64,000 nucleotides of DNA, from assembly GCA_963841915.1 (NCBI GenBank), contig CAWJEN010000006.1, positions 1,568,001 through 1,632,000 of the forward strand, in the 5' to 3' direction. Shown piece after piece: positions 9,995 to 19,984 of the stretch (position 1 is the first letter of the stretch; every line of letters begins with the position of its first letter). The notes below the pieces were generated by a model that was given only the letters and a program-made list of their open reading frames with translations, did no database searches and was not told where the DNA came from. This DNA comes from an uncultured Planctomycetota bacterium. GTDB lineage: Bacteria > Planctomycetota > Phycisphaerae > Tepidisphaerales > Tepidisphaeraceae. The position numbers were made by a program, and so were the translations under genes.

Positions 9995-10743
9995 TCGTCC
10001 ACTTTGAAGCGGTCGCCGAGCTTGCGGATCGAGTCGGGCTCAGGGAACTGCTGATCGAGCAGGTTTGCTAAAGTTTCGGTTCGCTTTCGCTCGTCGGTCT
10101 CTTCGAGCAACGCCTGCTTCTCGTCAATGTCGTCGAGCAGGTCGAAGGCGAGTACATCGGCGAGCCTGGCGGTCGGCAGTGGTGAAGCAAAAAGCTTTTC
10201 GAGTTGGCCGGCGACAGGCGTGCCCAGGATTGGTGGGCGCCGGCACAGCCGCTGCATCCGCTCGCGGACGTCGCCAAGGTCGATCTCAAACGCCCGCCGG
10301 CTGCCGATAACTTGGAGGTCGGCTCGGCGGTACATGATGGGCTCGCCACCGTAGATGTCTTCGCCGACGTCGAGCTCACCTTCAATCTTGATGCGACAAA
10401 CGCCGCGGACGAGCACGTTGTATCTGCCGTCAGGAAGGCGTTGGTGGTCGACGACGGTGCCGACGCAGCCGTGTTGGAAGAGCGCGGGTCCGTCCTCCAT
10501 CGGGTCGACGCCTTCTCGGATGCGGCAGATGCCGATGAGTTTGCGGCCGTCGTACTCACCTTCGACGCTGTGCCGGGTCATTTGGCGGTAGCGACGCTCG
10601 AAGACGTGCAGCGGCAGGATCGCGCCGGGAAAAAGGACAACACCCGGCAGCGGGAAGAGTGGAACGGCATCAATGCGTTCGCCGTCGGCGTAGCCTTCGT
10701 CGTCGCGGTGTGCAGAGTCACCGTTGTCGCCGCTGGACGCCAT
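9991..10743 (-). CDS. LON peptidase substrate-binding domain protein
   Basis: PLFPLPGVVLFPG...LHVFERRYRQM, DGRYNVLVRG; 4-nt overlap with dinB. Confidence 0.9.
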   Translation of the reverse strand: MASSGDNGDSAHRDDEGYADGERIDAVPLFPLPGVVLFPGAILPLHVFERRYRQMTRHSVEGEYDGRKLIGICRIREGVDPMEDGPALFQHGCVGTVVDHQRLPDGRYNVLVRGVCRIKIEGELDVGEDIYGGEPIMYRRADLQVIGSRRAFEIDLGDVRERMQRLCRRPPILGTPVAGQLEKLFASPLPTARLADVLAFDLLDDIDEKQALLEETDERKRTETLANLLDQQFPEPDSIRKLGDRFKVDE

Positions 10744-10795
10744 GACACGAACGCTAGGGCCGCGACAGGCGGGTAGGTGTCTAAGCTGAGGTTGA

Positions 10796-11290
10796 ATGAT
10801 TTGTAACGTCCACCGACGACCCGCCGCGCATCGCTACGCCGTCATGGCGATGATGCTGTTCGCAACGGCCTGCACGGCCGACGTACCCGCACGCGAGCCG
10901 CCGATGGTTCAGGTCGAGGGCGTGCTGAGCGTGCCGGTCATGAAGGCGAGCGACCAGGCGAAGCTGGCCGAACACATGAACAAGAACGCCGTCGTGGTCG
11001 GTCGCATCGCCACCGCCGAGTGGAGCGCGAGCGGCAAGGTGATGATCGTGACCTTCGAAGGCGTCGACGAGAAGAAGTTCTCGATCGCGACATTCGAGCG
11101 GACGAAGAAAAGTTTCAACGACGCCTTCGGTGGCGACTTCAGGAACGCAGTCATCGGCAGCGACGTGCGACTCTCCGGTGAAATTCAGCCCTACGGCGGC
11201 TACGACAAAGACGAACCCGGCAACGAGGGACGGTTGCAGATGCTGCTCGTCAGCGCGCGGCAGGTCACGATCACGAAGCTCGCCGCGTGA
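10796..11290 (+). CDS. Hypothetical exported or lipoprotein, probable OB-fold
   Basis: Hydrophobic N-terminus with Cys (FATAC); beta-rich pattern VVVGRI...VTF...VRLSGEI; coupled to next gene by GTGA. Confidence 0.55.
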   Translation: MICNVHRRPAAHRYAVMAMMLFATACTADVPAREPPMVQVEGVLSVPVMKASDQAKLAEHMNKNAVVVGRIATAEWSASGKVMIVTFEGVDEKKFSIATFERTKKSFNDAFGGDFRNAVIGSDVRLSGEIQPYGGYDKDEPGNEGRLQMLLVSARQVTITKLAA

Positions 11291-11688
11291 GTGACCTCGA
11301 CCTCACGATCCGCCGAAGCAAACGGCTCGAGCGTCGCCTGCGGGACGGCCTGAACGCCACCGGTAAGGGGCTTCATGAGCTGACAAGCTCCGTGCAGAAG
11401 CGTCTGCCCCGCGAAACGGTCAAAAAGCTCAGGTTTGTTGCAAGTGTTCGCAACGCGATGGTGCATGATCTCGACGTGACGAAGCTCGACGACAAGCGCG
11501 GCTTCGTGCAGGCCTGCGACGCCATCGAACGCGAAATCGACACCATTGCCGGCCCCGGCAGGCGTGACTCGTGGCGGCTGACGCTGATCGCAGTGGCCGT
11601 GATCGCTCTGTTCATCATCGTCGGCATCGCCGTCGCCATCTTCATGATGAACGAGCGCGGCATCAGACTGGAGTGGTCGTTCGGCTAG
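11287..11688 (+). CDS. Small HEPN/DUF4145-like protein with C-terminal TM helix
   Basis: RNAMVH (R-x4-H) motif in a helical domain; hydrophobic C-terminal segment. Confidence 0.6.
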   Translation: MSDLDLTIRRSKRLERRLRDGLNATGKGLHELTSSVQKRLPRETVKKLRFVASVRNAMVHDLDVTKLDDKRGFVQACDAIEREIDTIAGPGRRDSWRLTLIAVAVIALFIIVGIAVAIFMMNERGIRLEWSFG

Positions 11689-11698
11689 ACGCAGCTAC

Positions 11699-11726
11699 AA
11701 GAAAACCCGCAGGCAGAGCCTGCGGG
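11699..11726 (-). terminator. Intrinsic terminator
   Basis: CCCGCAGGC-aga-GCCTGCGGG stem with a U-tract on the minus strand. Confidence 0.7.
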
Positions 11727-11756
11727 CGTGTGCTTGTTAGCAACATGTCGCCCGAT

Positions 11757-12089
11757 TCACTTGACATCGACGAAGCTGGCGACGCTTCGCAGGTCGAGAG
11801 CGTGCTGGCTGGTCGACTTGATCTTGGCCTTTGCTCCGACAACGAGCTCGGGGTGGACCTTGCGGGTGTACTTCACGTAGATCCGGCCGCCGCGACGCTT
11901 GGGGCGGTCACTGTGGTTCTTCTCACGGGCAGCAATAGGAGCACGGAAGACCGGGTCACCCATGAACAAACGCTCGAGCGTTTTGCGGGCACCCTCACGG
12001 TTGATGCTCTTGGTGATCGTGACGTCGAACATCTCGCCCGGGCGGACGGTGGGAAGGGCGGCAGTCGATGAGGCGCTGGTGTCGGACAT
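11757..12089 (-). CDS. Small basic protein, possible divergent ribosomal protein uL30
   Basis: 110 aa, own GGAG RBS and terminator. Ends resemble uL30 (see findings). CDS likely, identity tentative. Confidence 0.6.
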   Translation of the reverse strand: MSDTSASSTAALPTVRPGEMFDVTITKSINREGARKTLERLFMGDPVFRAPIAAREKNHSDRPKRRGGRIYVKYTRKVHPELVVGAKAKIKSTSQHALDLRSVASFVDVK

Positions 12090-12132
12090 AGGTCGGCTCC
12101 GGGTGGCCGCCACACTAGGCGCGGCTACCTGC

Positions 12133-13548
12133 TCATGACAAGCTGGCCATCTTCGCTGCGACCTGGCGCATGTCGCCGACAAACTCCGCCCGTGCCCGCT
12201 CGCGATCGGCATCGCTCGGTATCCGCAGGATTGCCGACGGGTGGATCGTGGCCATGAACCAAGGCGCGTAGGTCGACTCCATCGGCTCGCCACGGCTCTT
12301 CGTGACGCGAAAGTCCCGGCCCATCAGCGCCTGGGCCGCCGTGCTGCCGAGGGCCACGAGCATCGGCGGCTTGATCGTTTCCAGCTCCGTCTCAAGCCAC
12401 GGCCTGCACGCGGCTATGTGCCGGGCCATGGGCTTTTGGTGCAAACGGAACTTGCCCTTGTCGATGAAGTGAAAGTGCTTGACCGTGTTCGTCACGTACA
12501 CCTGGTCGCGGTCGACGCCCGCCTCGTGCAGCATCTCGTCCATGAGCTGACCGGCCGGTCCGACGAAAGGCTTGCCGGCTCGATCTTCATTGTCACCCGG
12601 CTGCTCGCCCACGAAGACGCATCGTGCGTCGCTCGGCCCTTCGCCGAAGACCGCCTGCGTCGAGCCGTTGTCGCACAACTCGCAGCCGCGACACGTTTGC
12701 ACCGCCTCCCGCATCGAGCCGATCGTGTGGTCGGGCGGGATGAAGGCAGATGCACCCTTGGGTTTGCTCGCAGCCATGGCTGCCGTTCGAGCAATCATCG
12801 TGCCTGCCCGAGCGGGTGCTTCGCGGAGCAGGTCCGGAATGATCTGCGTCTCAGGCAGCGTCCGCCAATGCCGCACGTTCATCTCTGCCTTCATGGCCTT
12901 CACCTTCGGCCGGGCGGGGTTGAAAATGTTGGCGTAGTAGGTCCGCCAGACGTCTTCAAGCTCGTCGCTGTCCGGCGCTGCCGACGCCGGGACGCCGGGG
13001 CCGTAGGCGAGTTGCTTGCCGTTCCATGTGGCCGACGCGTCGGGCGTCAGGATGGTCCACCGCATCGAGCCGAACCGCTCGCGGAAGAAAGGCGTGCCGC
13101 GTCGAATGATGTGATGGTCGGGCCGATGGAAGGCGACGTAGTGCTCGCGCTCCTCCTCGACGATCTTCCGGAACCGCACGAACGCGTGCATCTTGTGTAC
13201 GTCGCGGCGGATCATGGAGCAGCGACGGTCAAGTTTGACCACATCTGCGTCAGCCGGGTTGCCCATCAGTGTCGGCTCGCTTCGCAACCGCCAGAGCATC
13301 GCATACAGGAAATGCCAGCGGTCATCCGCGCGAAAGTCGGCGGCGATCTCGGCCTGCTTCACGAATCGCGGCGGCACCTTGAACACGCCGGCCGGTGTCG
13401 CTTCCGGGGCTTCGTCGGCAAGGCCCGGCAGAAGCGACTCGCTGCCGTCGTCGAACGTGACGTCTTCGGGCGACACCTCGGCAAGCACCAACCGCCTCGC
13501 CGCCCTTCGCCAGGCGTCGAACGTGGGCTCGATGACGACACGCCGCAT
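12133..13548 (-). CDS. udgX: UdgX family uracil-DNA binding protein fused to N-terminal DUF4130-type domain
   Basis: N-terminal WRRAAR...RDVHKMHAFVRF...YYANIFNPAR; C-terminal family-4 UDG with CRGCELC, GEQPG, KHF, GKFRLHQKP (His loop) and HPS. Confidence 0.9.
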   Translation of the reverse strand: MRRVVIEPTFDAWRRAARRLVLAEVSPEDVTFDDGSESLLPGLADEAPEATPAGVFKVPPRFVKQAEIAADFRADDRWHFLYAMLWRLRSEPTLMGNPADADVVKLDRRCSMIRRDVHKMHAFVRFRKIVEEEREHYVAFHRPDHHIIRRGTPFFRERFGSMRWTILTPDASATWNGKQLAYGPGVPASAAPDSDELEDVWRTYYANIFNPARPKVKAMKAEMNVRHWRTLPETQIIPDLLREAPARAGTMIARTAAMAASKPKGASAFIPPDHTIGSMREAVQTCRGCELCDNGSTQAVFGEGPSDARCVFVGEQPGDNEDRAGKPFVGPAGQLMDEMLHEAGVDRDQVYVTNTVKHFHFIDKGKFRLHQKPMARHIAACRPWLETELETIKPPMLVALGSTAAQALMGRDFRVTKSRGEPMESTYAPWFMATIHPSAILRIPSDADRERARAEFVGDMRQVAAKMASLS

Positions 13549-13577
13549 AAGTCGACTTTAGGATGTGCCACAACGCA

Positions 13578-14221
13578 TCATCGCCCGCCACGCAGCGACA
13601 GCATTGCCGCCACGAGTGCATCGGCATCGGTCGGTCGATCGTCCCGCTTGCGAACCCGATCCAGAAGCGTCTCGGCGTCGACGCGCTTCTCACCCAACGC
13701 TACGAGCGCGTCGACGGCGTCGGCTTCGCCGGGCGTGAGTGAGCCGATGGTCGACTGGGGTTTGGCGGGTGTCTGCTCGGTCGGCAGCGACAGGCCTGCG
13801 AAGCGGCCAACCTTGCCGGCGAGCTCGGCGATGATCGTTTCTGCCGCCCGTTTGCCGATCTGCGGGAGCTTGATAAGAGCCTTCGTGTCCTTGTTCTCGA
13901 TCGCGGCGGCCACGTCGGCGGGTGGGACGGCCAGCGCCGAAGCGCCTTGCGTGGGCCAATGCCTTTTACCGTAATGAAAGCGTTGAAAAAGCCTTTGTCC
14001 TCGACGCTGGCGAACCCGATCAGCCGCGGCGTCAGGTTCCCGCCCGACGCGTCACCTTCGAGGTAGAAGATCGTTTGCAACGTGATCTCCTGCCCAACCC
14101 GCTGCTCGAGCGACGGCACGTCACCGGCCGGGATGAGCACCTCGATCGCCAGCGGGCCGTGCGTGATCGTTACGCGATCTTCTATCACGGCATCCAACGT
14201 CCCTGTCAGGCGAGCGATCAC
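13578..14221 (-). pseudogene. ruvA: Holliday junction branch migration protein RuvA, frameshifted (probably sequencing error)
   Basis: VIARLTG...VKGIGPRKAL in one frame; AAAIENKD...LPQIGKRAAETII...ALVALG in another. One extra C at 13937-13938 joins them. Confidence 0.9.
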
Positions 14222-14260
14222 GCCGCAGCTTAGCGGGGGACGAGTCGCTAGCCTGTGGTC

Positions 14261-16213
14261 ATGGAGGACCAGTCTCAAACCTTGTTTAACCCGCCAGAGT
14301 CGTTCCAGCGGCAGGCCCGTGTGCAGTCGATGGAGGAGTACCGCCGCCAATGGCAGCGGTCGGTCGACGATCCGGAGGCCTTCTGGGCACAGGCGGCCGA
14401 TGAACTGCGGTGGTTCAAGAAGTGGGACAAGGTCCTGGAGTGGAACGAGCCTTACGCCGAGTGGTTCAAGGGCGGGCACATCAACGCAAGCGTCAACTGC
14501 CTAGACCGCATCGTCGACAGCGGTCGCGGCGAGAAAACTGCAATCCTTTGGGAAGGCGAGCCGGTCGAAGACGACAACCAAACCCCCGCCACGCCGCGTG
14601 AGGTTTCGCGGATCAGCTACCGCGACCTGCTGGCCGACGTGTGTCGCTTTGCTAACGCGCTCAAGGTGCAGGGTGTACAGCGGGGCGACATCGTCACGAT
14701 CTACATGCCGATGGTGCCCGAGGCCGTCGTTGCGATGCTGGCGTGTGCGAGAATCGGTGCGCCCCACAGCGTCATCTTCGGCGGCTTCAGTTCGGCCGCC
14801 ATTGCCGACCGCCTAGCCGACGCTAAGAGCAAATTCGTCGTCACCGCCGACGGTGGGTGGCGGCGCGGCAAAATCATCCCGCTCAAGGCCAATGTCGACG
14901 AAGCCGTTCGGCAAAGCGAGGGCGTCGAGAAGGTCATCGTCCTCAAGCGGTGCGATAATGACGTGACGATGGGCGAACGCGACGTCTGGTGGCACGACGC
15001 CGTCGCCGACATGACTGACCGGTGCGAGCCGGCGTCGATGGACGCTGAAGATCTGCTGTTCGTCCTCTACACCAGCGGTTCGACCGGCAAGCCCAAAGGC
15101 ATCCTGCACAGCACTGCCGGGTACCTGCTGCACACGTACCTCACGTGCAAGTACGTCTTCGACCTCAAGGACGAAGATGTCTACTGGTGCACGGCCGACG
15201 TCGGCTGGATCACCGGGCACAGCTACATCACCTATGGCCCGCTCGCAATGGGTGCGACCGTCCTGATGTACGAAGGTGCCCCAAACTTCCCAGACTTTTC
15301 GCGGTTCTGGCAGATGGTCGAGCGGCACCGCGTGACCGTCTTCTACACGGCACCCACTGCCATCCGCGCGTTCATGAAGGCCGGACGCAACCTGGTCGAC
15401 GCCAGTGACCTGTCGAGCCTGTCGCTCCTCGGCACCGTCGGCGAGCCCATCAACCCCGAGGCGTGGCGGTGGTACCACGAGGTCATCGGCGACGAGAAGT
15501 GCCCCATCGTCGACACCTGGTGGCAGACCGAAACCGGCGGCCACATGCTCAGCCCGCTGCCCGGTGCGACGCCGGCGAAGCCCGGCAGTGCAACGCTCCC
15601 CGTCTTCGGCATAGACGCCGCCGTCGTCGACCGCGACGGCAAGGAGGTCCCGCAGGGCGAGACCGGATTGCTCGTCATCCGCAAGCCCTGGCCTTCGATG
15701 CTCCGCGGCATCCTCGGCGACCCGGAGCGGTACGTGAAGACCTACTGGAGCGACGTCCCCGGCATGTACTTCAGCGGCGACGGCGCCCGCCGCGACGCCA
15801 ACGGCTACTTCGAAATCACCGGCCGCATGGACGATGTCCTCAACGTCAGCGGCCACCGCCTCGGCACCGCCGAAGTCGAAAGCGCATTGGTCGCCCACGA
15901 GTCCGTCGCCGAGGCGGCCGTGGTGGGCGTGCCGCACGAGGTGAAGGGCGAATCGGTCGCCGCCTTCGTGATCCTCCGCGAGGGCTTCGAGCCCGGCGAC
16001 GATCTCAAGGCCGCACTGCTCAAGCAGGTCGCCACCGAGATCGGCAGCTTCGCCCGCCCCGACAACCTCACCTTCGCCGACGGCCTGCCCAAGACTCGCT
16101 CGGGCAAGATCATGCGCCGCCTCCTCCGCGAAGTCGCCGCCGGCGGCGAGGTGAAGGGCGACGTCACGACGCTCGAGGACATGAACGTCGTCAGCAAACT
16201 CCGCGAGGGGTGA
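14261..16213 (+). CDS. acs: Acetate--CoA ligase
   Basis: [44 protein letters not shown]. Confidence 0.97.
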   Translation: MEDQSQTLFNPPESFQRQARVQSMEEYRRQWQRSVDDPEAFWAQAADELRWFKKWDKVLEWNEPYAEWFKGGHINASVNCLDRIVDSGRGEKTAILWEGEPVEDDNQTPATPREVSRISYRDLLADVCRFANALKVQGVQRGDIVTIYMPMVPEAVVAMLACARIGAPHSVIFGGFSSAAIADRLADAKSKFVVTADGGWRRGKIIPLKANVDEAVRQSEGVEKVIVLKRCDNDVTMGERDVWWHDAVADMTDRCEPASMDAEDLLFVLYTSGSTGKPKGILHSTAGYLLHTYLTCKYVFDLKDEDVYWCTADVGWITGHSYITYGPLAMGATVLMYEGAPNFPDFSRFWQMVERHRVTVFYTAPTAIRAFMKAGRNLVDASDLSSLSLLGTVGEPINPEAWRWYHEVIGDEKCPIVDTWWQTETGGHMLSPLPGATPAKPGSATLPVFGIDAAVVDRDGKEVPQGETGLLVIRKPWPSMLRGILGDPERYVKTYWSDVPGMYFSGDGARRDANGYFEITGRMDDVLNVSGHRLGTAEVESALVAHESVAEAAVVGVPHEVKGESVAAFVILREGFEPGDDLKAALLKQVATEIGSFARPDNLTFADGLPKTRSGKIMRRLLREVAAGGEVKGDVTTLEDMNVVSKLREG

Positions 16214-16481
16214 GCCCGACGGCGGGCACGACGGTCTGGCTGTCGGGCTTCAACGCCAACGTCAATGGGCAGACGGGCCCGGCCTGCCTGCCGATCTCGA
16301 CCAACCTGCCCGGCGGCGCCTCGACCGTCCGGACGGACGTCGCGGCCCCGGTGAAGGAACTCCGCATCGCGGCGTGATCGACGAGACGCGTTCCAGTTGA
16401 AGGCCGGGCCCGCGAGGGCCCGGCCTTGTCGTTTGCGGAAAGCATGCGTGCTTGCAGTCGCGCGTTGTGCTGAAGCACGAC

Positions 16482-16766
16482 CTACTTCGCTAGATCACGT
16501 CTGCCTACAGACGCCAAAACGTAGAGAACTGGGGCGAAGATGATCAGCATGCAAGCGCCCTGCCCATCAACGACGATGTGGGCGCACATCGCACCGATAG
16601 CTCCTAAGAATGACACCACCCAGATAGATGAGAGCGACTTACAAACGAAGCGGCCAACCAGTACCGCAAGCAACATCGAACCGAGTTGGCCGATGAGCGA
16701 CAGCGTGTCTGAATCGATTGGCATTGCCATCTTCGATATCTTTGTGTGCAGTCCGCGATTGATCAT
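16482..16766 (-). CDS. Small hypothetical membrane protein
   Basis: 94-aa hydrophobic ORF in a lower-GC patch; start uncertain. Confidence 0.4.
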   Translation of the reverse strand: MINRGLHTKISKMAMPIDSDTLSLIGQLGSMLLAVLVGRFVCKSLSSIWVVSFLGAIGAMCAHIVVDGQGACMLIIFAPVLYVLASVGRRDLAK

Positions 16767-16777
16767 GGACTAGCCAA

Positions 16778-16821
16778 GTAGGGTGGGTGCCACGGCATGA
16801 GAGAACGGTTGCCGTGGCACC
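16778..16821. repeat. REP-like hairpin related to the 3857-3974 element
   Basis: GTAGGGTG then GGTGCCACGGCA...TGCCGTGGCACC. Confidence 0.6.
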
Positions 16822-16842
16822 ACGCCTTTCCGTTACGCCGCC

Positions 16843-17322
16843 TCACGACTTCCCGAACCCCGCCGCGTGGCGCCAGCGGGCGAGTTGGCCGAGGTGGTAC
16901 GCCTCGTGCGGGATCAGCATGAACGTCACGAAGTGCCCGGCCGACTTGGACATGCCCTCGATCGACTTCGGCGTCGCGGCGAAGTCGGCGTCGCTCGCCT
17001 CGCGGACGGCATCGACCAGGTCGGCGTGGACGTGGTCGAACATCGCGACGAGCTCGGCCTTGGGCGGGTAAATCGAGCGGTCGGCGGTCGGGGTCGTGTC
17101 GGGGCCGGCGAAGGCCTTGTAGTCCATCATGCACATCGGCTCGCGGCCGAGGACGAAGCGGGCGTAGTCGAGGGCCCCGCACAGGTGGGCCAGCGTCCAG
17201 GCCGGGTGGTTCGGACAGCCGGCGGGCTGCTCGGCCCAGCGGTCGTCGGGCACGTCTTCGACAGCTTCGCGGACCCACTGGTGGGAGTCGGCGGACAGGT
17301 CGAGCAAGATGTCGCGGTTCAT
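16843..17322 (-). CDS. DinB/YfiT family metal-binding protein
   Basis: NHPAWTLAHL and HEAYHLGQL His motifs. Confidence 0.88.
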   Translation of the reverse strand: MNRDILLDLSADSHQWVREAVEDVPDDRWAEQPAGCPNHPAWTLAHLCGALDYARFVLGREPMCMMDYKAFAGPDTTPTADRSIYPPKAELVAMFDHVHADLVDAVREASDADFAATPKSIEGMSKSAGHFVTFMLIPHEAYHLGQLARWRHAAGFGKS

Positions 17323-17399
17323 GGGCGGCAGGATAATGTTCGGAAGATGGTAAAGCAATGGTGGCGTGAACGGCGGCCAGCGTCCGATACCATTCGATA

Positions 17400-19919
17400 A
17401 TGACCGACCGACCCGGAGCACTGCGCACCGCGGGCTGGCTGAGTGCCGCCGCTCTTTGGCTGTTCTGCGCGATTGCGGTGGCCGACTTTTCTCCGCTGGA
17501 TTGGCCGACGCACGCGGTGCGGCCGGTGCCACAGGACGTGACGAACGTCGCCGGCAGCGTCGGGGCATTCGTCGCGTACCACCTTGTCGTTGCCATCGGT
17601 CCGGCCGTCTGGCCGCTATTGGCGGCGACGGGCGTGCTGTGCGCCTTCGGCTTTGCAGGATACAAGCTGAGCGACCTGTGGCTGCGGGCGCTGGGGCTGG
17701 TCGTGCTCGTCGCGGCTGTCGGCGGGATCACGACGCAGTTCGGTCTGGACGTTTACCGCCTGCCCGAGGGTGACGGCGGCGTCGTGGGTCTGGCTGTCAG
17801 TCACCACCTCGGTAATCACTTCGGCGTCGCCGGGACGAGGTTGGCGCTGCTGGTTGCAACGGTGGTGGGGCTGTTGCTGATGGCCGACGAGGTGTTCCTG
17901 CACTGGCCGGCGAAGGTGCTGGCCGGCTTCCGCAGTGCACGGGAGAAGGCAGAGGGCAAGACGCCTGTCGTGGTGACGGTGCCGTCGATCCCGCGGCCGA
18001 CCATGCCGAAGCTGTCGATGCCGACGTTGCCCCGGTTTCGGCTGAAGTTTGCGGAGAAGAAGGAGAAAAAGGTCGTCGCCGTCGCAGATACCAAGCCGAA
18101 GCGGAACCGGTTTGCCGACGATGACGGGCCTGCCCCGGACGCTCCAGACGTCGAGGCCGAGCTGCCGGACATCATCGCGCAGGAGGACGCACTCGAAGAG
18201 GAAGACGAGGCCGAGCTGCCAGAGGCACCGGAGACGGACGTCGAAGAAGCGCCCGGCCCGCCCAAGCGCGACCTGTCTAAGATCAAGGTGCGTCTGGCCA
18301 AGAACAACGTGCCCAAGCAGACGGCCCCAGTGCAGCAGGAGCTCGACGACTACGAGCTGCCCGATTGGGAAGATCTGGCCGAGCCGGAGAACGACTTTGC
18401 GGACAAGCAGGAAGAGTTTGTCCGCGAGAAGGCGGCCCAGCTCGAGGAGGCGTTCGAGGAGTTCAATGTCGACGCCAAGGTCGAGGCGATCGACACCGGT
18501 CCTGTCATCACGATGTACGAGATCAGCGTGGCCAAGGGCACAAAAGTCGCGCAGATCACCGGCCTGTCGAACGACCTCGCCCGCACGCTGTCAGCCGAGT
18601 CGATTCGCATCGTCGCCCCGATTCCCGGAAAGAACACGATCGGCATCGAGGTGCCAAACCAGGACAAGGAGAAGGTCCGGCTCAAGGACCTCATGCAGCA
18701 GGCGCCTGCCAAGACGCAGAAGATGCACATTCCGATCTTCCTGGGCAAGGATTCCCAGGGAAATCCGCTTATCGACGACTTGGCCCGGATGCCGCACTGC
18801 CTGATCGCGGGCACGACGGGCAGCGGCAAAAGCGTCTGCATCAACACGGTGATCATGTCGATCCTGTTCACGCAGCGGCCTGACCGTGTGAAGCTGATTC
18901 TCGTCGACCCGAAAGTGGTCGAGATGGCGCCATTCAAGGACGTGCCGCACCTGATGTGCCCGGTAATCACCGACGCCGCCAAGGCGGCGGGCGTGCTGGA
19001 GTGGGCGTGCACGAAGATGGACGAGCGTTACGAGCTGCTTGCCGAGGCGGGCGTTCGCAACATCGCTGGCTACAACGCGCTGGAGCGCGACGAGCTCATC
19101 GAGCGGATGGATCCGGCCACGCCTGAGGAAGAGGCCAAGATTCCCAAGCACATGCCGTACGTCGTCGTCATCATCGACGAGTTGGCCGACCTCATGATGA
19201 CCGGTGGCAAGGAAGTCGAAGCGAGCATCGTCCGCATCGCACAGAAGGCCCGAGCCGTCGGTATCCACCTGATTCTCGCGACACAACGGCCGCAGGCGAA
19301 TGTGGTGACGGGGCTTATCAAGGCGAACATGCCGAGCAAAATCGCCTTCCGCGTGAGCTCCAAGATGGACAGCCGCATCGTGCTCGACCAGAACGGTGCC
19401 GACCTGCTGCTGGGCCAGGGCGACATGCTCTACCTGCCACCCGGTGCGGCCCGGCCGATGCGAAGCCAGGGCACGTACATCGACGACAACGAGATTCGCC
19501 TGAGCGTCAAAAAGGTCAAAGCGTTGGCCGACGCCCAGTACGAGCCCGAACTCGTCCAGATCAAGAACGGCGTCACGGTCGACTCAGACGAAGAACGTGA
19601 CGAGCTGTACGAAGACGCGGTCCGCGTGGTCCTCGAAACCAAACGCGGCAGCGTGAGCCTGCTGCAGCGCAAGCTGACCATCGGCTACGCCCGGGCCTCA
19701 CGCATCATCGAAGCCATGGCCGCCGACGGGTTGGTGGGCGAGTACAAGGGTGCCCAAGCCCGTGAGGCGACGGTCACGCTTGAAGAGTGGGAACAGCTCA
19801 AAGCCGAGCAAGCCTCACCTGACGACGCTGTAGAAGACGCTGACGAGGAAGACCTTGAGGAGTACGAGGACGAGGCGTACGAAGAGGACGCCGACAACTC
19901 GACGCGCGAGGCGGCCTAG
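17400..19919 (+). CDS. ftsK: DNA translocase FtsK
   Basis: 4TM N-terminus, acidic linker, GTTGSGKS, IIDELADLMM, ATQRP, gamma domain SLLQRKLTIGYARASR. Confidence 0.96.
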   Translation: MTDRPGALRTAGWLSAAALWLFCAIAVADFSPLDWPTHAVRPVPQDVTNVAGSVGAFVAYHLVVAIGPAVWPLLAATGVLCAFGFAGYKLSDLWLRALGLVVLVAAVGGITTQFGLDVYRLPEGDGGVVGLAVSHHLGNHFGVAGTRLALLVATVVGLLLMADEVFLHWPAKVLAGFRSAREKAEGKTPVVVTVPSIPRPTMPKLSMPTLPRFRLKFAEKKEKKVVAVADTKPKRNRFADDDGPAPDAPDVEAELPDIIAQEDALEEEDEAELPEAPETDVEEAPGPPKRDLSKIKVRLAKNNVPKQTAPVQQELDDYELPDWEDLAEPENDFADKQEEFVREKAAQLEEAFEEFNVDAKVEAIDTGPVITMYEISVAKGTKVAQITGLSNDLARTLSAESIRIVAPIPGKNTIGIEVPNQDKEKVRLKDLMQQAPAKTQKMHIPIFLGKDSQGNPLIDDLARMPHCLIAGTTGSGKSVCINTVIMSILFTQRPDRVKLILVDPKVVEMAPFKDVPHLMCPVITDAAKAAGVLEWACTKMDERYELLAEAGVRNIAGYNALERDELIERMDPATPEEEAKIPKHMPYVVVIIDELADLMMTGGKEVEASIVRIAQKARAVGIHLILATQRPQANVVTGLIKANMPSKIAFRVSSKMDSRIVLDQNGADLLLGQGDMLYLPPGAARPMRSQGTYIDDNEIRLSVKKVKALADAQYEPELVQIKNGVTVDSDEERDELYEDAVRVVLETKRGSVSLLQRKLTIGYARASRIIEAMAADGLVGEYKGAQAREATVTLEEWEQLKAEQASPDDAVEDADEEDLEEYEDEAYEEDADNSTREAA

Positions 19920-19984
19920 CCGGTCGGTGCCCACGGGGGCGTGCGTGACCTGCTGTCGTTGCCGCTCCGGTGGTAGAATCGGTC

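Noticed and set aside
16210..16377. 55-codon ORF coupled to the acs stop
   Set aside because: Coding-like composition but too short and motif-free; possibly a gene fragment.
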